A stretch of DNA of 64,000 bases, from IMG/VR virus record IMGVR_UViG_3300036985_009306, positions 1-64,000 of that record. One strand, written 5' to 3'. Positions 18,631-27,111 of this stretch are shown here, one piece after another. How positions within the stretch are numbered: position 1 is the stretch's first letter; each line of letters opens with the position of its first letter. This DNA is from a virus. A program made the position numbers and the translations under genes. The notes below the pieces were generated by a model. It was not told where the DNA came from. It saw only the letters and a program-made list of their open reading frames with translations, and made no database searches.

Positions 18631-19020
18631 ATGTTGAAGTTTGAATTTATTTTTAATAATAAAGTTTTAAAGAAAGTTAGTCAAACACAAAAAGAGGTTG
18701 ACGAAGGGATTGATAATGGAAATAGTTCTAGTGTCAATCTTGATTTTAGACAACAATTTTTAGGGATTCCAAAATCAACTGTAGGAATAGCAAGAATACA
18801 AGTATTTTTACAAACTGATCAAAATTGTAGAGTGACTATTGAGCAAGGAGATACATGTACACCTCCTTGGCAGCATATACAATCTTCAGAAGTAAAATGT
18901 ACATTTAACATTGTTCAACAAGTAATTGCATCTTATTACAGAGTTACAGTTACTAATTTATCTATTAGACAGACAACATATTTTGAATTGCGAACATTTC
19001 TTTGTCCTGTTTATTGGTAA
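18631..19020 (+). CDS. hypothetical beta-rich protein
   Basis: 129-aa ORF. Confidence 0.65.
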   Translation: MLKFEFIFNNKVLKKVSQTQKEVDEGIDNGNSSSVNLDFRQQFLGIPKSTVGIARIQVFLQTDQNCRVTIEQGDTCTPPWQHIQSSEVKCTFNIVQQVIASYYRVTVTNLSIRQTTYFELRTFLCPVYW

Positions 19021-19061
19021 AAACCAATAATGCTAATAAAAAAGAATAAAGAGAGGTAAGT

Positions 19062-19259
19062 ATGCGTGTAATTAAAATTTCTACTTGTTGTGATTGTCCG
19101 TTTTTTAAATATTCTGGTTATACGAGTATTTGTGGTCATAGAAAAATATTTGATATGGAGGTGCGTATGTCTGAAATACACAAAGATTGCCCTCTCGATA
19201 CTCCAGAAACTGCAGGATTTGTGGAAACGAGTGCACAGAACTCAACAACTAAAAGCTGA
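19062..19259 (+). CDS. small Cys-rich (Zn-binding) protein
   Basis: SD GAGG; CCDCPFF...CGH...HKDCPL. Confidence 0.7.
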   Translation: MRVIKISTCCDCPFFKYSGYTSICGHRKIFDMEVRMSEIHKDCPLDTPETAGFVETSAQNSTTKS

Positions 19260-19296
19260 AATTCTCGCAATTCTCAATATTTGCCTGAACCATTTT

Positions 19297-19839
19297 ATGA
19301 AAAAATACAACAAATTTAATTTTATAGCAGGAGACAAACAAACAACATCTGTTGAGAACAGATCTGATTGTGGATTTTGTAGAGGTTTTAAAAGAAGTTT
19401 TAAGTTTATATTTGCTTCTGGGACATTTCCGTTTCAAAATTTAGTTCAAGATAGACAGGAAAACGCAGGTAATTATACAGAAGGATTACAAAGAGCATCA
19501 AGTACAGGTGGTAGAATAGTTAAGTCAGAAATCAATGAAAGTGTGATTAGACAACTTAAGGATATGATATCTATAGTAAAAAAGACTGAAGAATTATTAT
19601 ATTTGAAGATGAACAAATCTACAAATAATAAGTTCAGGATATATTATTGCTATGAAGCAAGTTATCCTCCGAGACAGTTGACAAAGGAAGATAAAGAAGC
19701 AGGAAAAATTATAGGTAGTATAATGGGCATCAAAATTGTTCAAGATGAATCTATGGAGAATGATTTTGTATTACCTGTAGTAAGATCTACTACTGTAAAA
19801 TCTAAATTTGCAAAAGTTTTTTCAAATTCTGTTATTTAA
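19297..19839 (+). CDS. hypothetical protein
   Basis: The tracked 19090 start overlaps the previous gene; ATG 19297 is more plausible. Confidence 0.55.
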   Translation: MKKYNKFNFIAGDKQTTSVENRSDCGFCRGFKRSFKFIFASGTFPFQNLVQDRQENAGNYTEGLQRASSTGGRIVKSEINESVIRQLKDMISIVKKTEELLYLKMNKSTNNKFRIYYCYEASYPPRQLTKEDKEAGKIIGSIMGIKIVQDESMENDFVLPVVRSTTVKSKFAKVFSNSVI

Positions 19840-19915
19840 TAGAACCATTAAAAATGACAAAAATTGAAAGACATAAAGATTAGTTTAACAATTCACTACT
19901 ATTAAAGGAGAAAAA

Positions 19916-20185
19916 GTGCTTTACAAAAAAATTGTTATCGAGACAAATGGAACGTCTATGGGCACTAAAGTTTCTATTGATGGGAAACAAGTTGGTTTTG
20001 TTCAACATATAGACTTTTCTGCAGATGTTAATGAAATTTTTGCTCATATAAATGTTCATGTAACAAGGATGGTTAATGGACATATGAAAACGAAAAAAAT
20101 AAAAGTAAGAGATCCTAAGACTCAGAAATTTGTGGAAAAAGAAGAAGTTGAATTTGAACCCTTAATGTTAGAGAGACAACAGTAA
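19916..20185 (+). CDS. hypothetical beta-rich protein
   Basis: SD AAGGAG with a GTG start. Confidence 0.75.
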   Translation: MLYKKIVIETNGTSMGTKVSIDGKQVGFVQHIDFSADVNEIFAHINVHVTRMVNGHMKTKKIKVRDPKTQKFVEKEEVEFEPLMLERQQ

Positions 20186-20365
20186 ATGGCACTTCCAATA
20201 AAAGAAACTCCTATTCTTAAGGGAAAAGATGCTAAAAAGTTTATCAGGAGTATGATAAGCAATGAATCTTATAAAACTAATTTTGGATATTCTAAACAGG
20301 CTTATGAACGAGCAAGACGAATCTACGAAGAAATCAGAAGGAAACATCCAGACTGGGTCACCTGA
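20186..20365 (+). CDS. 59-aa protein with an MALPIKETPILKGKDAKKF N-terminus (antitoxin-like small-protein family, tentative)
   Basis: Translated by hand; the ATG directly follows the upstream TAA; below the ORF-track cutoff. Confidence 0.7.
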   Translation: MALPIKETPILKGKDAKKFIRSMISNESYKTNFGYSKQAYERARRIYEEIRRKHPDWVT

Positions 20366-20384
20366 TTTGAAAAAGGAGACTGAT

Positions 20385-20927
20385 ATGCCGCCTGAAATTT
20401 ATACTAGAGATTACCAATTAAATTCAGTTTTTACTTTAGGTAAATTGTGTATAACAGAACATAGAGATTTTATTGACATCAATTTTGAAGAGTCTAAAAA
20501 GTATTTAGATAATCTTAAACGTGTATGTAATGAACTTTTAGTACCTATAAGTGTATTGTTAGGTGAAGTTCCATATATTACTTCTGGATTTCGTTGTGAT
20601 GCTTTAAATAAGTCTGTAGGTGGAACTATTACATCTCAGCATTCTTATGGAGAAGCAGTAGATACTGTTTATGTAAAGCATAATTTAAAAGAAGTGTTTA
20701 ACAAGATTGCATTTGAGTCAAGCATACAATATTCTCAGATAATATTTGAATTTGGGACATGGATACATATTGCTGTTATTGATGAGGTTTTGTATCCTGG
20801 TAAGAAGTTGCAGAAGTTGATAGCAAGTAGACAAAATAGCAAAGTTGTTTATACGCCCGTATTTAATTGTCAAGAATTTTCAAGAAATAGAGAGACCTAC
20901 AGAGAAAATAGTAAAGGAAGAAGATGA
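20385..20927 (+). CDS. Peptidase M15A family (Zn D-Ala-D-Ala/L,D-peptidase; candidate endolysin)
   Basis: ITSGFRC...N..VGG...SQHSYGEAVD...WIHI; start reassigned to ATG 20385 behind AAGGAG. Confidence 0.85.
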   Translation: MPPEIYTRDYQLNSVFTLGKLCITEHRDFIDINFEESKKYLDNLKRVCNELLVPISVLLGEVPYITSGFRCDALNKSVGGTITSQHSYGEAVDTVYVKHNLKEVFNKIAFESSIQYSQIIFEFGTWIHIAVIDEVLYPGKKLQKLIASRQNSKVVYTPVFNCQEFSRNRETYRENSKGRR

Positions 20928-21324
20928 AGCTCAATTTAGCAAACAAAGAGAATTGGTAAAAGCAATTTGTTTAGCTAAAGATGAGTTGAGAATGTGTTTG
21001 AAAGCTGAATCAGATTTTTATTGTATGAGTACTGAATATGAAACCAAGTTTGGTAGAGTCGATTTAGTTGCACAAGATAAAGAAACAATATACCCTATAG
21101 AAGTGAAAAAGAGTGTTGCAGATCATTCTGTTATAGGGCTGATTGATAAATACATAATACATTTCAAATTGGGTCTTATAAACAGAATGTATAGATATGT
21201 AGTGGGAGTAGTTATAGCAAATGGTTTTGATGAATATTCTTTGCAAGAACTTCATAGATTTGGAGCTGTTGCAATAAAATATAAATTTAAGGGTGACAAT
21301 AATATAGAATTGACAAGAGTATGA
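20845..21324 (+). CDS. NucS/EndoMS C-terminal-like PD-(D/E)xK nuclease domain protein
   Basis: EYETKFGRVDLVAQD...IEVKK..AD..VIG...KY...GVVIA; start uncertain (TTG, 83-nt overlap with the upstream gene). Confidence 0.65.
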   Translation: MFIRPYLIVKNFQEIERPTEKIVKEEDEAQFSKQRELVKAICLAKDELRMCLKAESDFYCMSTEYETKFGRVDLVAQDKETIYPIEVKKSVADHSVIGLIDKYIIHFKLGLINRMYRYVVGVVIANGFDEYSLQELHRFGAVAIKYKFKGDNNIELTRV

Positions 21325-21776
21325 AATTTAAACGAGCATTATGTTTGACCTATGATGATAATGTAATATTTTTACCGAAAATAAGATTTTTAAAAAATGG
21401 GTTGGATGTATTATTTCGTGAAGATGTTCATGATATATTTAATGAAAATGAAGTTGAAAAAATAATTTTTTCAAGTCCTTTAAGAAATGGAGATAAAATT
21501 TATATGCAACTTAAATTCAAATTCATACTAGATGGTAATGTTCCTGTTATTACTGAAGAAGAAAACAAAAGAAAACATGAAGAAAAATTAAAGGAGTTAA
21601 AGTATAAAATTAGTAAAATGTCCAATGATGAGTGGATTTCGTTTTTGCATCAAGAATGTTTAAAAAGAGATGTGAGAATTTTTTTTCAAGATCGAAGTGA
21701 AAGCGGATGGAGTGGTGTAAGTGGATATCGAGGTGCAAGTGGGTTTAGAGGTGTAAGTGATCCTCAAGAACCATGA
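21321..21776 (+). CDS. Hypothetical protein with a C-terminal G-X-S/R repeat tail
   Basis: ATGA overlap; ends SGWSGVSGYRGASGFRGVSDPQEP. Confidence 0.75.
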   Translation: MKFKRALCLTYDDNVIFLPKIRFLKNGLDVLFREDVHDIFNENEVEKIIFSSPLRNGDKIYMQLKFKFILDGNVPVITEEENKRKHEEKLKELKYKISKMSNDEWISFLHQECLKRDVRIFFQDRSESGWSGVSGYRGASGFRGVSDPQEP

Positions 21777-21966
21777 GACATTATCTGAGAATATAGCAAT
21801 GATGATGCAACAAATTAAGTCACCAAAACCATCAAATGTGGTTGTCATTTTTGGTGAGTTTGGAGATTATGAAATAAAATATGAAAATGGTTTTATAAAA
21901 GTGTATTTTGTTGGGAAAGAGATATTTGACTCAAAACCAATAATTGAAGACTTAATAAAAGAATAA
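21757..21966 (+). CDS. small hypothetical protein
   Basis: 69-aa ORF; start uncertain. Confidence 0.5.
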   Translation: MILKNHETLSENIAMMMQQIKSPKPSNVVVIFGEFGDYEIKYENGFIKVYFVGKEIFDSKPIIEDLIKE

Positions 21967-22005
21967 AATTTAATTCATTTTTTATATAATTAAGAAGGAT
22001 TTAAT

Positions 22006-22425
22006 ATGATTAGAATGAGATGCAAAAACGCAAATTGGCTTGAAGAGGGTAAAGATCCCGAGTTGTCCACAGGGCATTTTTATAGTTGTCAAGATGAAAT
22101 TATTGTTGATGGACATGAGTCTGATGGACCATATGTGTCACTTATAGGTAATTCTGGACATGTTATACAACGTCCAAAACGTGTTTTTGAAGTTGCAACT
22201 GATAAAGAGATAGGACTTTATAATAAGTTCAAAGTTGAAAGAACTGATGGAGGAAGTGATCCAGGAAACAAGCATGAGAATTGTAAGTATTTTGTTTTAG
22301 ATTTAACACATGATAAACATATAACTCCTGCTTTAGCAGCATATGCTGAAAGTTGTAAGGAAGAGTTTCCTGTTCTTTCTAAAGATTTGAAAAAGATTGT
22401 TGAAGATAATGAAAAAAGAAAATGA
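22006..22425 (+). CDS. conserved-type phage hypothetical protein
   Basis: C-terminal KHENCKYFVLDLTHD...ALAAYA..C...P.L..DL pattern, recalled from other phage proteins; SD AAGG. Confidence 0.75.
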   Translation: MIRMRCKNANWLEEGKDPELSTGHFYSCQDEIIVDGHESDGPYVSLIGNSGHVIQRPKRVFEVATDKEIGLYNKFKVERTDGGSDPGNKHENCKYFVLDLTHDKHITPALAAYAESCKEEFPVLSKDLKKIVEDNEKRK

Positions 22426-22633
22426 GAGTCTACGAAGTTTTGATTGGTTTGAAAAACTTAAAAAAGCTGATGTTGTTTGTTCACAGTGTAATGACTCTTT
22501 AAATTATTCTAAGACTGGAAGTTGGAGATTTACTGGTGAACATTGGGAACACAAATGTGAAAACTTAAAATCTTCTCAATCTGGCCATTTTATTGGTGTT
22601 CCAAGAAAACAACTTCAAAAAGACAAATCTTAG
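22409..22633 (+). CDS. small Cys/His protein
   Basis: CSQC...WRFTGEHWEHKC...GHF. Confidence 0.6.
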   Translation: MKKENESLRSFDWFEKLKKADVVCSQCNDSLNYSKTGSWRFTGEHWEHKCENLKSSQSGHFIGVPRKQLQKDKS

Positions 22634-22673
22634 TAACTCATTACCAATTTTTTTCTATTGTTTTTATTGCTTC

Positions 22674-22919
22674 ATGAATTCCATGAAATTGTCAAAATTG
22701 GTGCAAGACATTGCAGACGAAATCGAGATGCATTGGGAAGGTCCGACTGAATTCAAAGGAGAAGTACCCGAGTGGGATGGGCCTTCTGGTATGTCTTGGT
22801 GTCAAGATAAGAAGAAATATGTTCATCCTGAAAAATGTGATTGTCCTGAGTGTCAAGCTATAACACAGGTAGATATTAAACCAGAAAGATATTTGCATCC
22901 GACTGATATTTCTTGGTAG
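22674..22919 (+). CDS. Cys-rich paralogue 1 (WxGPxG..WC...P...CPEC...RY)
   Basis: Start reassigned to ATG 22674 or 22683; motif shared with the next two genes. Confidence 0.75.
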   Translation: MNSMKLSKLVQDIADEIEMHWEGPTEFKGEVPEWDGPSGMSWCQDKKKYVHPEKCDCPECQAITQVDIKPERYLHPTDISW

Positions 22920-22927
22920 AGGTTTAA

Positions 22928-23143
22928 ATGAAAAATATAAAAAAGATAGCAGATGAAATTGAAGATAAAAATAAAGAGAAAGATTGGTTTGGGCCAACTG
23001 GAGAATGCTGGTGTGAAAAGTTAAAGAAGATGATTGATCCTTCGACATGTCCCAAAGGATGCCCTGAATGTGAACCAATAAGATCACAAGAAACAAAACA
23101 GTTTAGATATCTACACTTGCATGATGATTTTAAGTCCTATTAA
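22928..23143 (+). CDS. Cys-rich paralogue 2
   Basis: WFGPTGECWC...DP...CPEC...FRY; SD GAGG. Confidence 0.8.
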   Translation: MKNIKKIADEIEDKNKEKDWFGPTGECWCEKLKKMIDPSTCPKGCPECEPIRSQETKQFRYLHLHDDFKSY

Positions 23144-23145
23144 AT

Positions 23146-23346
23146 ATGAAAATTTCAAAAGTTGTAGATGAAATACTTGATTCTTGGTTTGGTCCAAATG
23201 GTGAAGTATGGTGTAAAGAAGAAAATAAATTTGTAGATCCAGACACACACACAAAAAATTGTCCAGAATGTAAAGCATTAGGACCGCATGAAGACAGACC
23301 TTTCAGATATGTTCCACAAGATGATTATAAGGAGATTAATCCATGA
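23146..23346 (+). CDS. Cys-rich paralogue 3
   Basis: WFGPNGEVWC...DP...CPEC...FRY. Confidence 0.8.
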   Translation: MKISKVVDEILDSWFGPNGEVWCKEENKFVDPDTHTKNCPECKALGPHEDRPFRYVPQDDYKEINP

Positions 23347-23693
23347 GATTTTTTCAACTTGGTGAAACTGCAGATTCTAAATTCATTTTTTTGGATTCTA
23401 CGCAACAGCCAGTAGATGTGACAAGTCCTCAATACACTATTGTGTATTATGATGGTGCAACAGAAGTACCTGTTGTTGCATTGTCCACTTTAACTCATGT
23501 GACAGGAAAAACAGGAGAATACGTTTGTTCTTGGACAATTCCTACTACAATTCCTATAAATGAGACATATTTTGTGATTGCAACTGGTGTACGTCCTGAT
23601 CATACTAATGCCAAACAAGAAGATTTCTATAGAGTTCTTTCTAAAGATTTCTTTGGAGGCATAGGAATGACAGTCAAATTCACTAAGTCATAG
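23343..23693 (+). CDS. Ig-like (BppU-N-like) virion domain protein
   Basis: G.Y...W.IP signature (TGEYVCSWTIP) shared with the 23924 and 26105 products. Confidence 0.65.
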   Translation: MRFFQLGETADSKFIFLDSTQQPVDVTSPQYTIVYYDGATEVPVVALSTLTHVTGKTGEYVCSWTIPTTIPINETYFVIATGVRPDHTNAKQEDFYRVLSKDFFGGIGMTVKFTKS

Positions 23694-23716
23694 TACGAAT
23701 TTATTATAATTTTTAT

Positions 23717-23754
23717 AAAAAAAAGCTTACGAATGCTCTTTGTAAGCTTTTTTT
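23717..23754. terminator. bidirectional Rho-independent terminator
   Basis: aaaaaaagcttac-N11-gtaagcttttttt, a perfect 13-bp inverted repeat. Confidence 0.8.
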
Positions 23755-23769
23755 GTTGAAGAAAATATT

Positions 23770-23922
23770 ATGTACGTATTTAATGTGTATAATGAAAAAG
23801 AAAAATGTGACAATTGTGGTAAACCACCTGTCGAGATGATAGTTTTTATAGAAGACGGTCATAACGAAAAGTATTGCATGGAATGTTTTTCAAAGAAGAA
23901 ATTTCCTGAACCTGAGGTCTAA
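23770..23922 (+). CDS. 50-aa C4 zinc-finger protein
   Basis: Translated by hand: MYVFNVYNEKEKCDNCGKPP...KYCMECFSKKKFPEPEV*. Confidence 0.65.
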   Translation: MYVFNVYNEKEKCDNCGKPPVEMIVFIEDGHNEKYCMECFSKKKFPEPEV

Positions 23923-23923
23923 A

Positions 23924-24514
23924 ATGTCTGCTACAATATATAAAGGTCAAATTCTTACTAAAAATGACTTAAAAGTTTTCATTCTTGATGAAAATGGCAA
24001 CTACATGAACCCATTTTCAATAATTTACACTATTTATAGATGCAAAACATTTTCACAAAGCAATGTACCAGTTAATAATTACTGGGATAATATTTGGCGA
24101 ACACAATATATGAGATATTTGAATGGTCCACCAGATATAACATTTCCCCCTGCAGATTTTCCTCTTTCTCCTGGTAATACTATTCCTGTAACATATCAAG
24201 CAATTAATCCCAATAATACTACAAGTAATCAAGAATGTGGAGAAGAACCTGTTCTAGAAACTATAGATTCTCAACCTATCATTTTTGGAATAGGTAAATT
24301 TTTTGCGGCATGGAAAATTGCAAATGATTTGGATATCGGAACTTATAGAATCAAATGGCATATAAGAAAATTAACTGATTCTCCAATTTATGAAGAAATA
24401 GAAAAATTCAATGTCATTAATAGAATAGATCAATATAACTATTCACTCATGAATGGTGCTAATGGCAGACTTCCAAATGATGAATATGGAAATGAGAATT
24501 TATGGGCAGGATAA
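23924..24514 (+). CDS. Ig-like virion protein paralogous to the adaptor N-terminus, with a P/N/Q-rich insert
   Basis: KGQILTKNDLKVF vs KQGQTLTKDDLNVY in 26105; GIGKFFAAWKI...GTYRIKW. Confidence 0.7.
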   Translation: MSATIYKGQILTKNDLKVFILDENGNYMNPFSIIYTIYRCKTFSQSNVPVNNYWDNIWRTQYMRYLNGPPDITFPPADFPLSPGNTIPVTYQAINPNNTTSNQECGEEPVLETIDSQPIIFGIGKFFAAWKIANDLDIGTYRIKWHIRKLTDSPIYEEIEKFNVINRIDQYNYSLMNGANGRLPNDEYGNENLWAG

Positions 24515-25334
24515 TAATATTATATTTACGTTTATCACATAGGAGCAAAAATGCATAAACATTCTAATAACTGTCAGATGTGCAAAATTTATTCAAGCAT
24601 TGAAACTTTGAAATTGTCACCAAAACAAAGAGCTGAGTTAGAACAAATAGATATAGAGAATAATAAGAGAGTTGACACGACAGAACAGAAAGAAATTAAA
24701 AAGAAGTATGATAAAGTAGTTAGAGATATGAAAGAATGGGCTAAAACAACAGGACTTGAATTTAGACACAACGTACCGTTGCCTGGCATTCTTCCTGAGT
24801 TTGTAGTAAAAAATATTATGTTTGACACTCCTGAAAATGAAAAAATCTTGAAGAATTTTATACCAGAGCAATTGAATGAATATGAGTATTTTGATGCAAG
24901 TATGCAAAGAAGTGAAGAAAAGACTTTGGAGCTTATACGAAAACTGACAGATGCAAGACCTATTAGCAAGAAACTTAAACCCGTTTTACAAGAAATTTTC
25001 AAAGATGCAACTATAAGAGTACCAACTGGTGTTTTATCAAATAATATAATAGAAATTAAGACACCTGGTAGATTTAAACTTTTTAGGATTTTTATAAAAG
25101 GTCATCCTCAATATAGAAACGGAATTGATATTTTACCACAAGTTGAAGAAATTATACAAACATTAAATGGATAGAGAAAATCAAAAAAGAAGAATGGTGC
25201 TGGGCAGGATAATAATATTATATTTACGTTTATCACATATGCATTTTTGCTCCTAAACATTCTAATAACTGTCAGATGTGCAAAATTTATTCAAGCATTG
25301 AAACTTTGAAATTGTCACCAAAACAAAGAGCTGA
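24503..25334 (+). repeat. 134-bp direct repeat (24503-24636 and 25201-25334); the second copy has an 18-bp inversion covering RBS+ATG
   Basis: taggagcaaaaatgcata (24540-24557) is replaced by its exact reverse complement tatgcatttttgctccta (25238-25255); the flanks are identical. Confidence 0.9.
24551..25174 (+). CDS. hypothetical protein with N-terminal HxxxCxxC
   Basis: SD AGGAG; 207 aa. Confidence 0.8.
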   Translation: MHKHSNNCQMCKIYSSIETLKLSPKQRAELEQIDIENNKRVDTTEQKEIKKKYDKVVRDMKEWAKTTGLEFRHNVPLPGILPEFVVKNIMFDTPENEKILKNFIPEQLNEYEYFDASMQRSEEKTLELIRKLTDARPISKKLKPVLQEIFKDATIRVPTGVLSNNIIEIKTPGRFKLFRIFIKGHPQYRNGIDILPQVEEIIQTLNG

Positions 25335-25352
25335 TAAAAAAGGAGCAAAACA

Positions 25353-25496
25353 ATGTCAAATATGATTGAATGTCACAACTGTAAAAAACTTATTTCTGTA
25401 GAATGGGATGTTTGGACAAAATGTCCATTTTGTGGGGAAGGCCAGACTTGGCGTCATTCTCTCACTCCTGAAGAGATAATAGAACAGCGGAAATGA
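25353..25496 (+). CDS. 47-aa zinc-ribbon protein
   Basis: Translated by hand: MSNMIECHNCKK...KCPFCGEG...; SD AGGAG at 25341. Confidence 0.7.
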   Translation: MSNMIECHNCKKLISVEWDVWTKCPFCGEGQTWRHSLTPEEIIEQRK

Positions 25497-25632
25497 AGAA
25501 AAAGAAGATGAATGAAAAAAACTATCATAGAGTATAAAAAAAGTTGCAATTGAGATTTTAGCAATGTCTGATAAAATCAAATAATTGGTTACTCAAAGAA
25601 TATTGAATGATAATGAAAGTTAAGGAGATGAA

Positions 25633-26094
25633 ATGAACATTCAAGAAATTTCTAAAGAAATAAGAAAGATAGCTCAAGAAATTATAGCAGAATCAAAATA
25701 TAAAGTGAGTGACATTGTAGTTCTTAAAGAAGATATGAAGGGTTATAAAGATAAAATTTTAGCTAAAAAGGGTGACAAAGTTAAAATTGTACATGTTTAT
25801 GAGGGTAAAAAATTTCATGATTATGAAGTAGAGGCATTAAAAAATAAAGAAGTTTTCAATGTTAATCATGACGAAGTATTCTCTGAAGAAACAAGGTATA
25901 AAGTCAATGATGAAGTCATTCTAAGAGAAAACATAGAAGGTACTGAAGATTATACTTTGGCAATAAAAGGTGACAAAGCAAAAATTTTAAAAGTTTATCC
26001 CGAAGATGAAGCTAAAAAATTAGGTTATGATTATGAAATAAAAACTTTATCAAATTCACAAATATTTGATGTAGAACATTCAAGTCTTAAATAA
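25633..26094 (+). CDS. Protein with a helical leader and two tandem SH3-like beta-barrel repeats
   Basis: KYKVSDIVVLKEDM...AKKGDKVKIVHVY vs RYKVNDEVILRENI...AIKGDKAKILKVY. Confidence 0.8.
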   Translation: MNIQEISKEIRKIAQEIIAESKYKVSDIVVLKEDMKGYKDKILAKKGDKVKIVHVYEGKKFHDYEVEALKNKEVFNVNHDEVFSEETRYKVNDEVILRENIEGTEDYTLAIKGDKAKILKVYPEDEAKKLGYDYEIKTLSNSQIFDVEHSSLK

Positions 26095-26104
26095 GGAAAG
26101 AATT

Positions 26105-27004
26105 ATGGCATCATTAAAACAGGGTCAAACACTAACAAAAGACGATCTTAATGTATATTTTTATGTTGGTGGAAGTCTATCTGATCCTTATTGGGTTACT
26201 TTTACTCTTTTTGACTCTACTTCAGGAAGTGATGTTGTTATAGGTTTGCCAGAAAGGATACCTATTAAATTTGGTGCAGGCAGTTATTTTGCACCTTGGA
26301 CTATACCTAACGATGAACCAATGGGATTGCATAAAATTAGATGGAAATATAAAGATTCAACTACTTCTATAGAAAAACAAGATTTTGAAGAGTTCCAGAT
26401 AATTCCTTTATGTGCAGGAACAGGCTTAGTCTATCCTGTAGAAATTATGTATCTAATCCAACACCTTAGAAACAAATTGAGAGACAACAATCCAGATAAG
26501 AATTATCATTTTTCTCCTCCGACATCTGAAGCTGGAATAGCAGGATTCACGTTAACTAGAGGATTCCGCTGGGATGACGATTCTCTTTATATGCATTTAG
26601 TTCAAGCTTGTAATTATATAAACTTGATACCACCAGACACAGCTTATTCTTTAGAAACTATTCCCGGACCTTGGCAACCATTAGTATTATTGCAAGCAAT
26701 GAGCTATGCTTTATATGATTTAGCAATTCTCTGGATGAATGAAGAATTTACCTACAATCTAAATGGCATTTCTTTAGACATTATGAGAAGCGATAAGTAC
26801 ATGGGTGCGGCACAAACGATCCAGGGACAGGTCGATACACAACTAACAGATGCAAAACGGCGTCTACATTACATGGTCGGGCTAAGGCAAAGTAGGTACA
26901 CCATGACGTACGGGGGGTTCTTTGGGCCTTGGACCAGCGGTAGAATGTCAATTAAGAAATGGGTGCTCGGTTTTGGAACTCAAACTGGTAAGGGTTTTAA
27001 CTAA
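26105..27004 (+). CDS. Putative head-to-tail adaptor (neck) protein with an N-terminal Ig-like domain
   Basis: Helical C-terminal domain (LRNKLRD...WDDDSL...NYIN...NGISLDI.RSDKY) resembling phage adaptors; genomic context. Confidence 0.55.
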   Translation: MASLKQGQTLTKDDLNVYFYVGGSLSDPYWVTFTLFDSTSGSDVVIGLPERIPIKFGAGSYFAPWTIPNDEPMGLHKIRWKYKDSTTSIEKQDFEEFQIIPLCAGTGLVYPVEIMYLIQHLRNKLRDNNPDKNYHFSPPTSEAGIAGFTLTRGFRWDDDSLYMHLVQACNYINLIPPDTAYSLETIPGPWQPLVLLQAMSYALYDLAILWMNEEFTYNLNGISLDIMRSDKYMGAAQTIQGQVDTQLTDAKRRLHYMVGLRQSRYTMTYGGFFGPWTSGRMSIKKWVLGFGTQTGKGFN

Positions 27005-27047
27005 ACTTCCTTATTAAGTTGATTTACAAGCAATAATTTATCAAAAA

Positions 27048-27078
27048 TTATTTGTAAACTTTTTAAATTTACAAATAA
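27048..27078. repeat. AT-rich inverted repeat between convergent genes (possible terminator)
   Basis: ttatttgtaaa-N9-tttacaaataa. Confidence 0.5.
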
Positions 27079-27111
27079 TAAAAACTTAAATTAAATGTAA
27101 ACAATGAGTAT

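Noticed and set aside
22422-22502. Alternative ATGA-coupled start with a frameshift for the 22409 gene
   Set aside because: The existing frame already gives a sensible uninterrupted protein.
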